Origin: Octopus vulgaris
Taxonomy: Eukaryota
DNA: 64,000 bases
Direction of reading: 5' to 3'
Assembly (NCBI GenBank): GCA_951406725.2
Contig: OX597832.1
Span: 18,848,001-18,912,000 of the forward strand
Shown here: positions 15,414 to 29,357 of the stretch, one piece after another
How positions within the stretch are numbered: the first letter of the stretch is position 1
How the letters are laid out: the number at the start of each line of letters is the position of its first letter
Position numbers and translations under genes: made by a program
The notes under the pieces: generated by a model
What the model saw: only the letters and a program-made list of their open reading frames with translations
Databases searched by the model: none
What the model was told of the DNA's origin: nothing

Positions 15414-16023
15414 TGTAAGTATTTTTACTTCAGTTTCTCAATTTCTTAAATTCGGCATGCGTGTTGCAGCGTCATATATTTATATAAATATATATAGATT
15501 TATATGTATGAATATGTGTGTGTACGTGTATGAGTATTTGTGCGTATACGTGACCGCACACACATGCAGGCGCGCAGACACACACACATGAGGATGTACG
15601 TGCATGCAAGCGAATACGTATCTGTGGTTGACGGGGTCTCACTTTGATGAATGATATGTGTCCTACTCATATTTTATTGACTCATACGCGATTAAACAAC
15701 GTTCGTTCCGTATATCTACAAGTTATTTTTTATGGCAACTATCGTACGGGCAATGAACTTTATATCTTACATACTAAAACGTGATTTATGTACAGATTTA
15801 AGATGACCTTGAATGCGTATGTGTTTGCAGCTCTGATTCTTGTGTATCATGTGTCATGTTCTAGGCTACTAAATGTATCGGACACGGAATATCATGATCT
15901 CCAAAAGCGTTTCATACGAAAATTTGTGTAGGATTCATAAGGGGCAGAGGTGTGAAATATGTTACACTCACATATTCATGCGTATACGTTTAATTTTTCT
16001 CCTATCAGTATATATATCTACTG

Positions 16024-16341
16024 AGAGTCCCTTCGGTCATGACTGACCATGTAATTGCAGCTAGGAAGTTACCCTCCAAGGCACAAGTCCGGGCAAGGTT
16101 GTTCATGGAAGACCAGCAGTCGTCAATGAATACCGGCCTCCCCTTTCCAGGCCACCAATGTTATCCAAGGGAAAGGCAAATGTCGATACAGCTTGGCACC
16201 ATTTCCACAGCTGAGTGTACTGCAGCAACGTGAAATAAAGTGTCTTGCTCAAGAACACAACACGCAGCCCGTTCCGGGATTAGAACTCACTACCACGTTA
16301 TCGTAAGCTCGACGCTCTAACCACTAAGCCATGCGCCTTCA
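16024..16341 (-). mobile_element. tRNA-derived SINE (group C)
   Basis: Minus-strand head gaaggcgcatggcttagtggttagagc...gagttctaatccc (A/B boxes), then gtgttcttgagcaagacactttatttcacgttgc. Confidence 0.85.
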
Positions 16342-16347
16342 CATGTA

Positions 16348-16440
<93 letters not shown>

Positions 16441-16939
16441 TAGATAGATAGATAGATAAAGATATATATATATATATATATGATATTAATAAAGAGTATG
16501 GTGACTTATACATCCACGAAATAATTTTTACAATTATATTCAGCATATTACAATGACCTACACGTGTTTCATTTTAAAATTAAATTTGGGTTGAATTATG
16601 CGAGTATTATTCAATTTATTTTTCATATTTTTGTGTATGGTGGTTGTGGACGGAGACTGTCTGATGTTGGTTTGAAACGTAATATGGCGAGAGTGTTTAC
16701 ACCCGTTGAGCGAGAGATGGAGATGATACGCACTTAAAATACAAGATTGCATTTGGAAAGTAGAAATAAATTTTAATGAGTATTACTTACTCGGATATAA
16801 CACTTTATCAGTTATTTTAGGTAGCATTTGTATTTATTTCCGATGTTATGTTAAACTTATACGTTAAACTTCCCCGGTTGTTATTATTATTATTATTGTT
16901 GTTGTTGTTGTTGTTATTTGCAGAAGAATAGATGCAAAT

Positions 16940-18070
16940 ATTTTGGCAGAAACGTCAATCAGACTGATGCCGCGGTAGTTGCAGCAGCAGCGTTTATCGT
17001 CTTTATTAAAGAAAGATACCAGTGTTGCGTCGCTCCAGTCTTGGGGGAGGGTTTTCGTATCCCAAACCCGAGTGATAACTTGATAAATCGCGACCTCAGT
17101 ATTTTTGCACCATGCTTGAGGATCTCAACAGGAATGTTATCTTCGCCAGGCAGCTTTGTTATTTTTGAGCTTTCTGATAAGAGCAAGGACCTCTTCAAGC
17201 GTGGGGACAGCTGTTTGTCAGTCATACAAGGTTGGGATCGCGTCGATCGCAGGATCAGATAAGGGGTGGGGCTGGTGGGCGTGGTTCAGCATATTGGCGA
17301 AATGGTCTCTCCAGCAGATGATGCGCTCAGTGAGATTGTGGATGGGATCGCCATTCTGGTCCAAGATGGTTTCGTTACCACTCCAGCCTGTCTTTGTGCT
17401 CGATCGAAGGAGACCGTAGAGCTTACGGGGGTCAGCAGATGCGGGGGTCATCAAAGGCGGCGCGTTCCATGTCTTCAGCCAAAATCCTCCAGAATTTATT
17501 TCGATCAGCCCGGGCAGAATGGGTAGCTTCACGGCGCAGTTGTCTGAACGTTGCATCGATCTTGTTTCGCTTTTTCAACAATTTTGATTGTTCGGCACGA
17601 GATCCAATCTTAGTTTTTTCGCTTAGTAGTGCCGAGTGTTGTGGACATCACAGATTGAAGATTGTGTTTGACCGCTAGCCAGACTTCATCTGAGGAAGCA
17701 GATTGAAGGACTTCGAGCCCGTTAAACCGATTTGTATATCCGTTACGGAATAAATGTTCGGTCTGCTGGTTAGATTATTCCGATAATTAGAAGAGGATAA
17801 ATTTTTAAAACTTCATAAAGATAGGTATATGAGGGTTTTTTATTATAATATCTACACAATTTCGCTGCTGCAAATCATCTTACTGTTTCCAGCTCGCTCT
17901 TTCAACATCCACGGCGCCATCTTCTTACCTGGTACTCCAATGACGGTGTCTCAGCAAACCAGATTGACCATTTTCTCGTTAGAAGCCGCTGGTCATCGAG
18001 CGTCCTTGATTGTCGAATGTTCGGAGGCGCATAAACCGGCAGCGAACATGGTTCCAATCATATATTAGGA
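16940..18070 (-). pseudogene. RTE-like LINE fragments (linker and RT N-terminus)
   Basis: ILDQNGDPIHNLTERIICWRDHFANMLN and PGEDNIPVEILKHG match the RWxEHFxxLLN and PGxDxIPxExLK motifs; frameshifted. Confidence 0.75.
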
Positions 18071-18084
18071 CGGGCAAAACTACG

Positions 18085-18560
18085 TCTTCATTTCTGAGAT
18101 ACCAATTACTATTGGTAACATATCTACTCTCTCCATTGACCACAGCCTTCGTATTTCCCCAATTCAGATCGTCATAGCTGCTTATTTTTTCTTCTTTCAC
18201 ACTGATCTTCTTGTCACCAGGACATGCTATGTCGATTATCATGCATGTCCTTTGTCTTCTACTACCACAACAGTCTCTGGTTTCCATGTCTGGTCGGGTG
18301 ATCGGATTTTTGATTTTCCTTTTCAGTGATTCCTTCTGGTCTTGGCTCATTCCATGTCTTTGCCCTTTGTAGCCCGTGATTTCCAAAGAGCTCCCAATGG
18401 ATCATTCTTGTCACATTGACATAGCGTCTCTTGTATTCGCGTTGTGCCAATTTCGGGCATTCGCTAACGTTGCGCCATACAGTTTCAACCTTCTCGCCAC
18501 TAATGATAAATTTGTCTCTATCGGTAGTGTTTGCTAATTTGCAATTTATGCATTTGGTCC
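18085..18560 (-). pseudogene. R4/Dong-clade retrotransposon CCHC plus restriction-like endonuclease fragment
   Basis: LAQREYKRR...IHWEL...RPD...CMIIDIACPGDKKISVKEEKISSYDDL (PD..D..K..Y motif). Confidence 0.85.
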
Positions 18561-18561
18561 A

Positions 18562-18570
18562 TTATTATTA

Positions 18571-18641
<71 letters not shown>

Positions 18642-19007
18642 GCTGTTGTTGTTGTTGTTGTTGTAGTTGTTGTTGTTATTGTTATTATTATTATTATTAT
18701 TATTCAGTAGTTTTATTTTTATAGCGTGCTTTCAAATTACTACCGTGCACAGCTCTGTGTGCCTTGGGTATGTGCTATGGTTTGCTGTGATGCTGTTACG
18801 GTTACTGTATTGAGAGTGTTTTGTGTAGGATGTGTGCAGTGCCCAGTAGTGCAATTTTCTCTATATTATATATATTTGTAAGTCCTGCTGTTTTTATTAT
18901 GTATTTGTCTGAATATTTTTTTATCATACCTATTGCGCCTAATATGGGATGAATTATTTCTGTTTTTAGACTCCATATTCGAGTTACCTCTATTTTATTA
19001 TTATTAC

Positions 19008-19064
<57 letters not shown>

Positions 19065-19108
19065 CATCATCATCATCATCATCATCATTAATATTATCAT
19101 TAATATTA

Positions 19109-19175
<67 letters not shown>

Positions 19176-19220
19176 CATCATTATTATTATCATCATTATT
19201 ATTTTTATTATCATTATCAC

Positions 19221-19290
<70 letters not shown>

Positions 19291-19370
19291 AAAACTTATA
19301 ATGATCATGATCATCATCATCATCATCATCATTATCATCATCATCGTCTTATAATCATTATCATCATCAG
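18562..19370. repeat. (TTA)n/(TCA)n/(TTG)n microsatellites flanking a Dong 3' end
   Basis: Direct reading. Confidence 0.9.
18705..18992 (-). mobile_element. R4/Dong-clade 3' end
   Basis: IEVTRIWSLKTEIIHPILGAIGMIKK...IEKIALLGTAHILHKTLSIQ* plus short 3' UTR running into (TAA)n. Confidence 0.85.
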
Positions 19371-19696
19371 CCAGAGCAGAAGCAGCATTAACTCTAGCAG
19401 CAGCAGCAGGATTATCATCACCATGGTTATTACTATAAATGATTCTTAATACGAATGACTAACCATAACATAGTCTAGACCTACGTTGTATCGTTGACAT
19501 GAAAGTCGAGGTCGATATCATCGTCGGCTTCTTTCAAAGCCTAAGCTTGATATATATTACAGATATCACGTGACTCATTTTCCCGACATATTCGTCATCT
19601 GTTATAGATAAATTGTTTCAGAAAATTCATTTAAGCCAGGAAATTGCAACACAGAATTGCGGCTATTTATGCGTATGCATATCTGACCATATGGTT

Positions 19697-19769
<73 letters not shown>

Positions 19770-19796
19770 GATATATATATATATATTTATAAATAT

Positions 19797-19844
<48 letters not shown>

Positions 19845-19884
19845 TATATATATGTATGTATGAATATATTCATATATATATATA

Positions 19885-19968
19885 TGTATATGAATAAATG
19901 AAAGAATGGAGTCGAGGAATTTTGTTAACATCTTCGTTCGACTCCATTCTTTCATTTATTCATATACA
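19885..19968. repeat. 31-bp perfect inverted repeat with 22-bp spacer
   Basis: tgtatatgaataaatgaaagaatggagtcga (19885-19915) and its reverse complement (19938-19968); related sequence at 13223-13305. Confidence 0.9.
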
Positions 19969-20130
19969 GCACACAAATTTCTGCACATGAACCCGGAGTC
20001 TCTACCCTTGACAGGTCGCTTCAACCGTGTTTCTGACGTGAATTTGCTCCCCAGGTTTCGGTTAAACGAATTTTCCATGCTGACGATAAACATAGAATAA
20101 TTAATTCACCTACTTATATATATATATGTA

Positions 20131-20190
<60 letters not shown>

Positions 20191-20259
20191 TTCTTTCTCA
20201 GAATATATATATTAATGGAGCATTCAGTTTTTTTAAAAAATCAATTTTAACAATACACA

Positions 20260-20293
<34 letters not shown>

Positions 20294-20509
20294 TTGAAAT
20301 TATTATTAATATTTCCGAAAATATATATTACCGGAACGTTATGAAGGCGATCTAAAATTGACGAAATTCAAAGTGAACGTATGAAATATTCCAGCACACG
20401 ACGGCTTACATAATGAACACTTACAAAGAACTCTATGTAGGACATTGCTGCATTGCACACATGGAGATGATAGTGGATAACGAAAAAAAAAAATATATAT
20501 ATAATATTA

Positions 20510-21620
20510 ACACGCAAATAGTGAGCGGTGTTCCGCAAGGCACTGTTTTGGGACCAGTACTGTTCATAATGACCCTCTCAGACATACCCTCAGCCACGCA
20601 GAGAGCCACGATCACAAGTTATTCAGATGATACAAAAGTTTCACAGGCAATAGAGAACCCTGAAGACACTAAGCACCTGCAATGTGAGCTGGACAAAATA
20701 TACAAGTGGGCTGAAAAGAATAGCATGCAGTTCAATGCTGAAAAGTTTCAAGCTTTATGCTATCAGCATGCAAAACTAAATGCAATAACCAATAAATACA
20801 CTGGACCTGGAGGGATTGCAATCCCAGAGGCACAATCAGTGCGAGACCTGGGTATTTACATGAGTGATGATGCAACCTTTCATGTGCATGTTGCTAAATT
20901 GGCAATGAAATGTAGGCGGCTGACAGGATGGATTCTTAGAACCTTTAGAACAAGAGACCAGGAAACCATGATGGTCCTCTGGAGGACACTTGTCCTAAGC
21001 CACTTTGACTATTGCTCTCAGCTATGGTCACCATCCAGTGTCAAGTTAATCACAGAACTTGAGGTGATCCAACGAAGCTACACGAAGAAGATAGCCTCTG
21101 TGCAGCATATAAGCTGTTGGTAAAGACTCAAGAGATTGGGACTCTATTCCTTAGAGCGTATTCCTTAGATATGCCATAATATACATCTGGAAGATCCTAG
21201 AAGGACTTGTCCCAAACTTTGGCATCGAGAGTTACACAAATGCCAGAACTGGGCGCCACTGCATAGTGCCAAGGACTCCAAATTTGCCATCAAGATGTAG
21301 GACAAGATACTGTGATAGCCTGGGCTTCCGAGGCCCACAGCTCTTCAATATCCTCCCGAAGAAACTAAGAGACCTGCACGGGGTGGATGCAGATGTCTTT
21401 AAAATAAAACTGGATCTCTTCTTGTCAGGTGTCCCAGATGAACCAACTTCACGGCAGGAGGTGCAGATGAGGGCAGCTGTATCGAACTCTCTCATGCACC
21501 AAATGGCAATTGCTAAAAAGCATTCGTGAAGTAAAATCATGTAGCAACACCAAATGGCGGTGCCCCAGCATGGCCACAGCTTGTGTGCTGAAACTAGATA
21601 AAAATAAAATTAAAAAATAA
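20510..21620 (+). mobile_element. 5'-truncated CR1/L2-group LINE (RT pseudogene plus 3' UTR)
   Basis: SGVPQGTVLGPVLF, YSDDTK, MQFNAEKFQ, VRDLGI, DYCSQLWSP, GPQLFNILPKKLR; stop at 21121-21123 and a frameshift; A-rich tail. Confidence 0.92.
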
Positions 21621-22706
21621 TATCAATTAACATATTTACGAAAGTCTATTTTTCTTTTCAGCTATATTTTACATCACTGAATAACGAAAGAACAAATAAC
21701 AGGCATATGCATTTTATATTACGACAATCAGAAAGATAGAGACATAGATTCTAAAAAAACAGAAATGCAATCTAATAAACGGTTATTTTTTTATTCAACT
21801 ATTGGTGACGTCACTGGATAAATAAATAACAGAAAATGAACATAAGGATTCCGTATTATAATAATTAGAAGTATAACGAAATGTAGTAAATCTTTAGAAG
21901 TCTTAAATTTATTATATAATATATGAAAAGCTATTATAATTAAGTATTGAAATATGTGCATCTATGGCTACATGTTATTGTAAACCTCCCCAAAAAATTC
22001 AGAAAAATAATTCAGAAGTAATTATATAATACATTTCTTCAAAGCAAAGATTACATGTCGAATTACCAATATTGCACAATGGTGCATAATTAAAAATGCG
22101 ACACTTTAAGTCACACTTAATTTTCCTGTCATTTAATTCCCAAACGCATCTACTCAGTTTTGTAGAATTAATTTTTATATATTGTGAAAATGATTATGAA
22201 CTCTAGACTTCCATATTGTAGTAGATGAACAACTGTGGTAATCCTTACCAATGTGGTAATCCCTGCTTTTAGCTTACATTGTTACACTATATTTTTCCTT
22301 AAACACTGATTTACGAAAGGTTATACATATTTATATTTACAATTACACAGATATTTATTCACTTGTATTTGGTACTCGTAATCAAAAAGAAAGTCTACTA
22401 GTATTCCTTTCAGAATTAGGGGATAAGGTGGGATTATTATTATTACAATTACTGTTAAAGCTAGGTGATAACACAACAGTAGTAAGTACTTAAAGAATCG
22501 AAACCCAGTTTAGGAAGATTATCATTAGAATTAATTTCACAATATACATAAATTATTCTACACTTGTGTATAGATTTAGAATAGATATATTCCCTAATTT
22601 TCTGTTTATTGTATGCTGGTATAATCTCAGCTAAATTTATAGTAGTTGTATACGAAACTTTATATTGTGGCGATTAAATAATTTCCCATATTTACTTGTA
22701 TCTATG

Positions 22707-22796
<90 letters not shown>

Positions 22797-22797
<1 letters not shown>

Positions 22798-23150
22798 CCA
22801 TTTGATTGATATGAAAGGTAAACAGTTTATGTTTGTAGTAGGATGTTTGTGTAACAAAGAATATGGGCGGTATATGGAGATTTCTGCAATTGGAAGTGGT
22901 AGTATAACTAAGAATGAATTAATCACTTGAGATTGTTAGACCGACATCATATGTGTTCAAAAGGAGTTCCAAGTATATTAAAATGAAAAAAACAAGAAAA
23001 ATAATACTCCAATAGATGAATGAAGCATTAGTAAGTCCACGGTGTTTCAGACAAAAAACATCTATTTTGCAGTGATAAATACATGTCAGAAACCTATGAA
23101 ATGTAAGGAAGGCACAGATTTGGAAAGATAAATTGATGAGAGACAAACAT
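22797..23150 (-). pseudogene. Possible highly decayed Penelope-type RT fragment
   Basis: IDVFCL..., YDVGLTIS and [11 protein letters not shown] loosely follow the order of YIDDIF / FLDV / HP...LP motifs. Confidence 0.3.
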
Positions 23151-23248
23151 CAGTAAAGAGAAGGTGAATGATTCATGAATTAATGAGAGGTACAGACGTT
23201 CAGGCATATACACAATCAAAAGGTAAGCGCATATTAGATAGGGACATA

Positions 23249-23366
<118 letters not shown>

Positions 23367-23731
23367 GCCCTAATAAACAGCAAGGAAATAGGCAAGGGAC
23401 AGATTTAGGTAGGCTATAAAGGTGACGTAAATAGCAGAACAGGTGGTAAGAGCAAATGACAGAGTATTTAAATTAAAATAAAATAAAAATAAAACAAAGA
23501 TTCAGTCTAATCATTTAATCTTTTATAAAATGTCAGATTTAGCGAAAAATGAAACACTGTCAACCCCTGTAGCAAAGGTAATCCTGTGTGTATGTAAGTG
23601 CCTAACTTATGAATATATATCTGTGTGTACGTATCTGTGTGTGTACTAATGTTTCATTGTTAGTCTTTGAGTGTATGTGTATGTATATATGTATGTATCT
23701 ATTTATCTATCCATCAACCCATATGTCTGTC

Positions 23732-23774
<43 letters not shown>

Positions 23775-24114
23775 ATATGTATATATTATGTGTTTATATA
23801 TGTGTGTATATTCCTCTGTGAGTATACATTTACATGTATGCGCAAGTATATGTCGAGGGTTTTCCCTAATCTTCTTAGGAGCATATGAAGTCTTAAATCT
23901 TTAAACCAGATTCTAATTTATTTTAAGACGATATTAACACTTTAGGAGCCTTTAATTTATACCGACACACTTTTTTTTGTTTTAGTTAAAATTTACATGT
24001 AACATTTACTTTTAAATATATTATAGCATGTGGTGTGCCAAGTTTGCCTTGGGGTAAAAATCCATGCTGTTTCAGGGTTTTCGTAGCATCGAAAAACTGC
24101 TATGTGCATGTATG

Positions 24115-24180
<66 letters not shown>

Positions 24181-24299
24181 TGCATTTTACTATTTTAATT
24201 TCAATTTCTATGTATTAATTATATTTTCATTATTAATGACAATATGTATTTTAACCAAAGATTGGATGTAAGTTTTTTTCCTCGACTTTTATAATTTTA

Positions 24300-24520
24300 T
24301 ATTTTTTATATTATATATTGAGCTCATTTTTGTTTATCGCTCGAATAAGACCGTTATTTGAAAGGACCAATCAAACAAGTCCTTTTTTAAAGGTGTAACG
24401 TTTCTACTGTCTTTATAGAATTGGCATATCGGTTCTATTTTAACAAAAACTGTCCGACGAACGGGAACGTCAAACTTCGAGTAACAGGTTTTGTTGAATT
24501 TCTGCTGCTTTTAAATAAAG
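24300..24520 (+). mobile_element. Penelope-like terminal fragment with minimal hammerhead motif (24450-24487)
   Basis: ctgt-CCGACGA-acg ggaa cgt-cAAAC-ttcga-GTA-acag, then AATAAA and (TA)n; homologous to 11880-12036. Confidence 0.6.
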
Positions 24521-24978
24521 TATATATATATATATATAATAAATAATGCTCTGTACTTATTATTTTTCATAACTCTCAAGGACGATAATGGTTTATAAAG
24601 ACGGAAGGGTGTGGATATTTTGTCTTGTCGAAATGCTATATATGTTGCTATTAATTACAGACCATCACACATGTTTCATTTCCTTACAGTGTTACAAAAT
24701 TTAACGTGTAAAAACATACACCATTGTAGGAAAATGCTCAATGTATATGTAACATAAATCAATCAAATCTCTGTTAGATAGTCACTGTTTCTTTGTGGGA
24801 ATCATCCAATTTGCAGTGAGATCGTATTAGCATATCATTGGGTGACGAACCCACAGTTATACCCGCAACGTAATTCTGGAAAGGAAACACTATAACACGA
24901 AGGAAATGCTGCTTCTTCAAATTAAATATTTTCAGTATTTGTGGAGCGATTTCAGGTCATAGAAAATGAAATGAAATA

Positions 24979-25580
24979 AGGCGGCGAGCGCAGAAACGTT
25001 AGCACGTCAGGCGAAAGGCGTAGTCGGAATTTCGTCTGCCGCTACGTTCTGAGTTTAAATTCCACCGAGGTCGACTTTGCCGTTCATCCTTTAGGGGTCG
25101 ATTAAATAAGCGCCAGTTATGCACTGGGGTCAATGTAATCGATTTAATCTGTGTGTCTGTCCTTGCTTGTCCCCTCTGAGTTTAGCCCCTTGTGGGTAGT
25201 AAAAAACTAGGTATTTCGTCTGCCGCTACGTTCTGAGTTCAAATTCCGCCGAGGTCGACTTTGCCTTTTATCCTTTCGGGTTCGATTAAATAAGTACCTG
25301 TTACGCACTTGGGTCGATATAATCGACATAATCCGTTTGTCTGTCCTTGACTGTCTCCCTCTGTTTATCCCCTTGTGGGTTGTAAAGAAATAGGTATTTC
25401 GTCTGCCGTTGTGTTCTGCGTTCAAATTGCGCCGAGGTCGACTTTGCCTTTCAATCTTTCGGGGTCGATAAATTAACTACCAGTTACGCACTGGTGTCAA
25501 TGTAATCGACTTAATCTCTTTGTCTGTCTTTGCTTGTCCCCTCTATGTTTAGCCCCTCGTGGGTAAAAAAGAAATAAGTA
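24979..25580 (+). mobile_element. SINE family B, one headed copy plus two headless ~183-bp tandem units
   Basis: g(a/t)atttcgtctgccg recurs at 25027, 25211 and 25394; central gaggtcgactttgcctttcatcctttcggggtcgat box resembles a MetaSINE-type domain (recalled, unverified). Confidence 0.9.
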
Positions 25581-26149
25581 AATGAAACTTGCCGAAAGTG
25601 CTAGAGGGATTTATCACGATCATATTATTGTAAAGGGAATTTAAAGTGATGATAATTCGGCCATACTTTGACCGTATGAATATGTATATATGCTCCTTCT
25701 TTGGATGCAAAATTACGTAGCCATCTTTCAATAAATTTCCACAGTGCTTAATAAATTTCCACTATACTTAATAAATAGATTTACTATAGAGATTTCGTAA
25801 ATATTCACTTCTTCGGTGGATCATATTACAAATACCTCCATTCTTTGAAAGACGATTTAGCTGGTAGAATTGCATACGGCAAAATATTCTATCGAAGATC
25901 TTTGCTTGTAATCCTGTAAGTACATTTATATACACACTATATGTATGAGATATTGTGTACTGGTGTGGACGTGACTGGATAGGTTCTTGCATGTGTGGGG
26001 GTTGTATATGCATGCAAATGTATAAATATGCATATAGAAATTTTACATACCTCATACACATATAAGTATGCAAATATATGTATATCTATACATACACAGG
26101 TACATACGTAAATATATGTATATATATATATACGTATACATACATATAG

Positions 26150-26247
<98 letters not shown>

Positions 26248-26321
26248 ATATAGATATACACACATATATATGCATATACAAATGCAAATATATACATATA
26301 TATATATATGTATATATATAC

Positions 26322-26360
<39 letters not shown>

Positions 26361-26664
26361 TGAGGGTGTATGTATGAACATATATGAAAGTGTGTGTGAG
26401 TATGACTGTGTGTGCGTCTGTGTGTATTTTATATGTACGTAATTTTGAGTGCTTCTATGTTTGTGAAGGAATTTAACATTATATATTCATAAATAACGCT
26501 GTATTTTCTTGCTTTAATCATTATTATTACTATTATTACTTCTAGTATAGCTATCTTTTATTTTTGATATTTTCATTCATTTTAAAATTTCTAATTTTTC
26601 TTTATCCTGTTATTATTACTAGTATCACCATTATTGTTATAAATATATTAATATTGGGATCCTT

Positions 26665-26798
26665 TTTCTTCTTCTTCTTCTTCTTCTTCTTCTTCTTCTT
26701 CTTCTTCTTCTTCTTCTTCTTCTTCTTCTTCTTCTTCTTCTTCTACGTATTACTTTCATTATTATTTTTGGTATTATCATTATTATTGTTATTCTTGC

Positions 26799-26865
<67 letters not shown>

Positions 26866-26970
26866 ATTATTATTATTAATAATAATATTATTATTAATAT
26901 TACTATTATTATCATTATTATTATTATTATCATTATTATTATTATCATTATTATTATTATTATCATTATT
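26665..26970. repeat. (CTT)n and (TTA)n microsatellites
   Basis: Direct reading. Confidence 0.95.
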
Positions 26971-27323
26971 ATTAGCCGCATCAACATCAGCATCATAGGT
27001 ATTTTTTCTTCTTATTAATATTAATATAATTATTAGTATTATCGTTGACGCTTTCTTTTCTGTTCTATTCTTTTCGTTTTTTTGGTGTTCATTCTTATCA
27101 ATACATTTCACTTTTTTCCTTGTTTTGTTCTATGAATTTTGTTGTATACAACTTTTCTGTATATTTTTCTTTTCCTGTTGCAGAACTGAATATTTTCTAA
27201 GAAGAACACGAAACCCTTAAGGCCTTAAGTCTTTTGATATCTATACATACACAGGTACATACGTAAATATATGTATATATATATATACGTATACATACAT
27301 ATAGATACATATATATATATACA

Positions 27324-27395
<72 letters not shown>

Positions 27396-27424
27396 GTTTG
27401 ATACACATACACGCACACAAGTAC

Positions 27425-27459
<35 letters not shown>

Positions 27460-27800
27460 TATATGCATACATAAACATATGTATATATGCTTAAAAAGTC
27501 ATTGAATGGTTAGAAAGACAGGAGTGAAAAGAAGGTAGATTGGAGTGGCGGGTGGGGAAAAAGATGAGGGAGAATGGCGTATATATGAATATGAATATAA
27601 ATATGAACGAGATGAAAGATGAAAATTAAGGTTTGAAAGATGAAAAGGAGCATGAAGAAAGAAAAGAAGAAATTAACAACAAAAAGATACGTAAATAAAA
27701 GAAAATACAGAACAATACGTACGTAAGAAAATATGCCTGTATCTATATATCGATGTATTTATATGCGTGTATGTGTGTCTATATGAGTGAGCATGCATCT

Positions 27801-27849
<49 letters not shown>

Positions 27850-27850
27850 A

Positions 27851-27916
<66 letters not shown>

Positions 27917-27928
27917 TATATATATACA

Positions 27929-27971
<43 letters not shown>

Positions 27972-27997
27972 TACATATATATATATATATATAATAT

Positions 27998-28203
27998 AGT
28001 ATGTATATATGCACAGACACACATCTGTAGAGAAAGTAAAATTTCTGGCTGGATTCACAGGAGGAAGAGCGGATGGATAAATTCAGATATTATTATAGAT
28101 GTGTATAAATACTTACACATATATATATACACACTTGTAAAACCCAGGAAAGCTAAAGAAACACACACATTTACATACATACGTAAAATACGTACATACA
28201 TAC

Positions 28204-28255
<52 letters not shown>

Positions 28256-28673
28256 GACATTCAGCACTATATTAACAGTCTATAAAATAGCGAGTTCAAT
28301 ATTTTTTTTAGTTATCCTATTAGCCTGAAAAAATACGGAAACTGACAACAGATGCAACTTCAGCATTAACAGGAAGACTAATAAGACGAGAAACATTTAT
28401 CTTCTCGATATTTTTTTTAAATAACCATAAAATATATTTTAGCTAAAAGACATTACTGAGGTCGAACAAAGCTCCATGCGAGTGAATAATGATGATTCCT
28501 CTACAGAAATATGCAACATCTGATACGTATGTGATCGTGTGGGAATATGTATAGTAAATAAGTTTATCTATCTATCTATCTATCCATCTATCTATTTATC
28601 AACCTATATATATATATATACAGAGAGAGAGAGACAGAGACAGAGAGAAATAGAAAGACATATAGACAGATAG

Positions 28674-28719
<46 letters not shown>

Positions 28720-28807
28720 ATGTGTGTGTATGTGTGTGTAAGATATTATATATATGGTATTCTGTGTGAATGTGTATAGTAAATTATATAAATGTAGAAC
28801 TGTAGAC

Positions 28808-28848
<41 letters not shown>

Positions 28849-28874
28849 GTACATACGTACGTATATATATGTAA

Positions 28875-28909
<35 letters not shown>

Positions 28910-29026
28910 AGTGAGTATGCATGTATGAATATATATATATATATATATATGTTTATATATGTATATATATATATACATACATATATATACATGTATATAT
29001 ATATGTATATAAATGTATATATATAT

Positions 29027-29099
<73 letters not shown>

Positions 29100-29318
29100 T
29101 ATATACATATATATATAAAAGTATGTATATATGCACAGACACACATCTGTAGAGAAAGTAAAATTTCTGGCTGGATTCACAGGAGGAAGAGCGGATGGAT
29201 AAATTCAGATATTATTATAGATGTGTATAAATACTTACACATATATATATACACACTTGTAAAACCCAGGAAAGCTAAAGAAACACACACATTTACATAC
29301 ATACGTAAAATACATACA

Positions 29319-29357
<39 letters not shown>

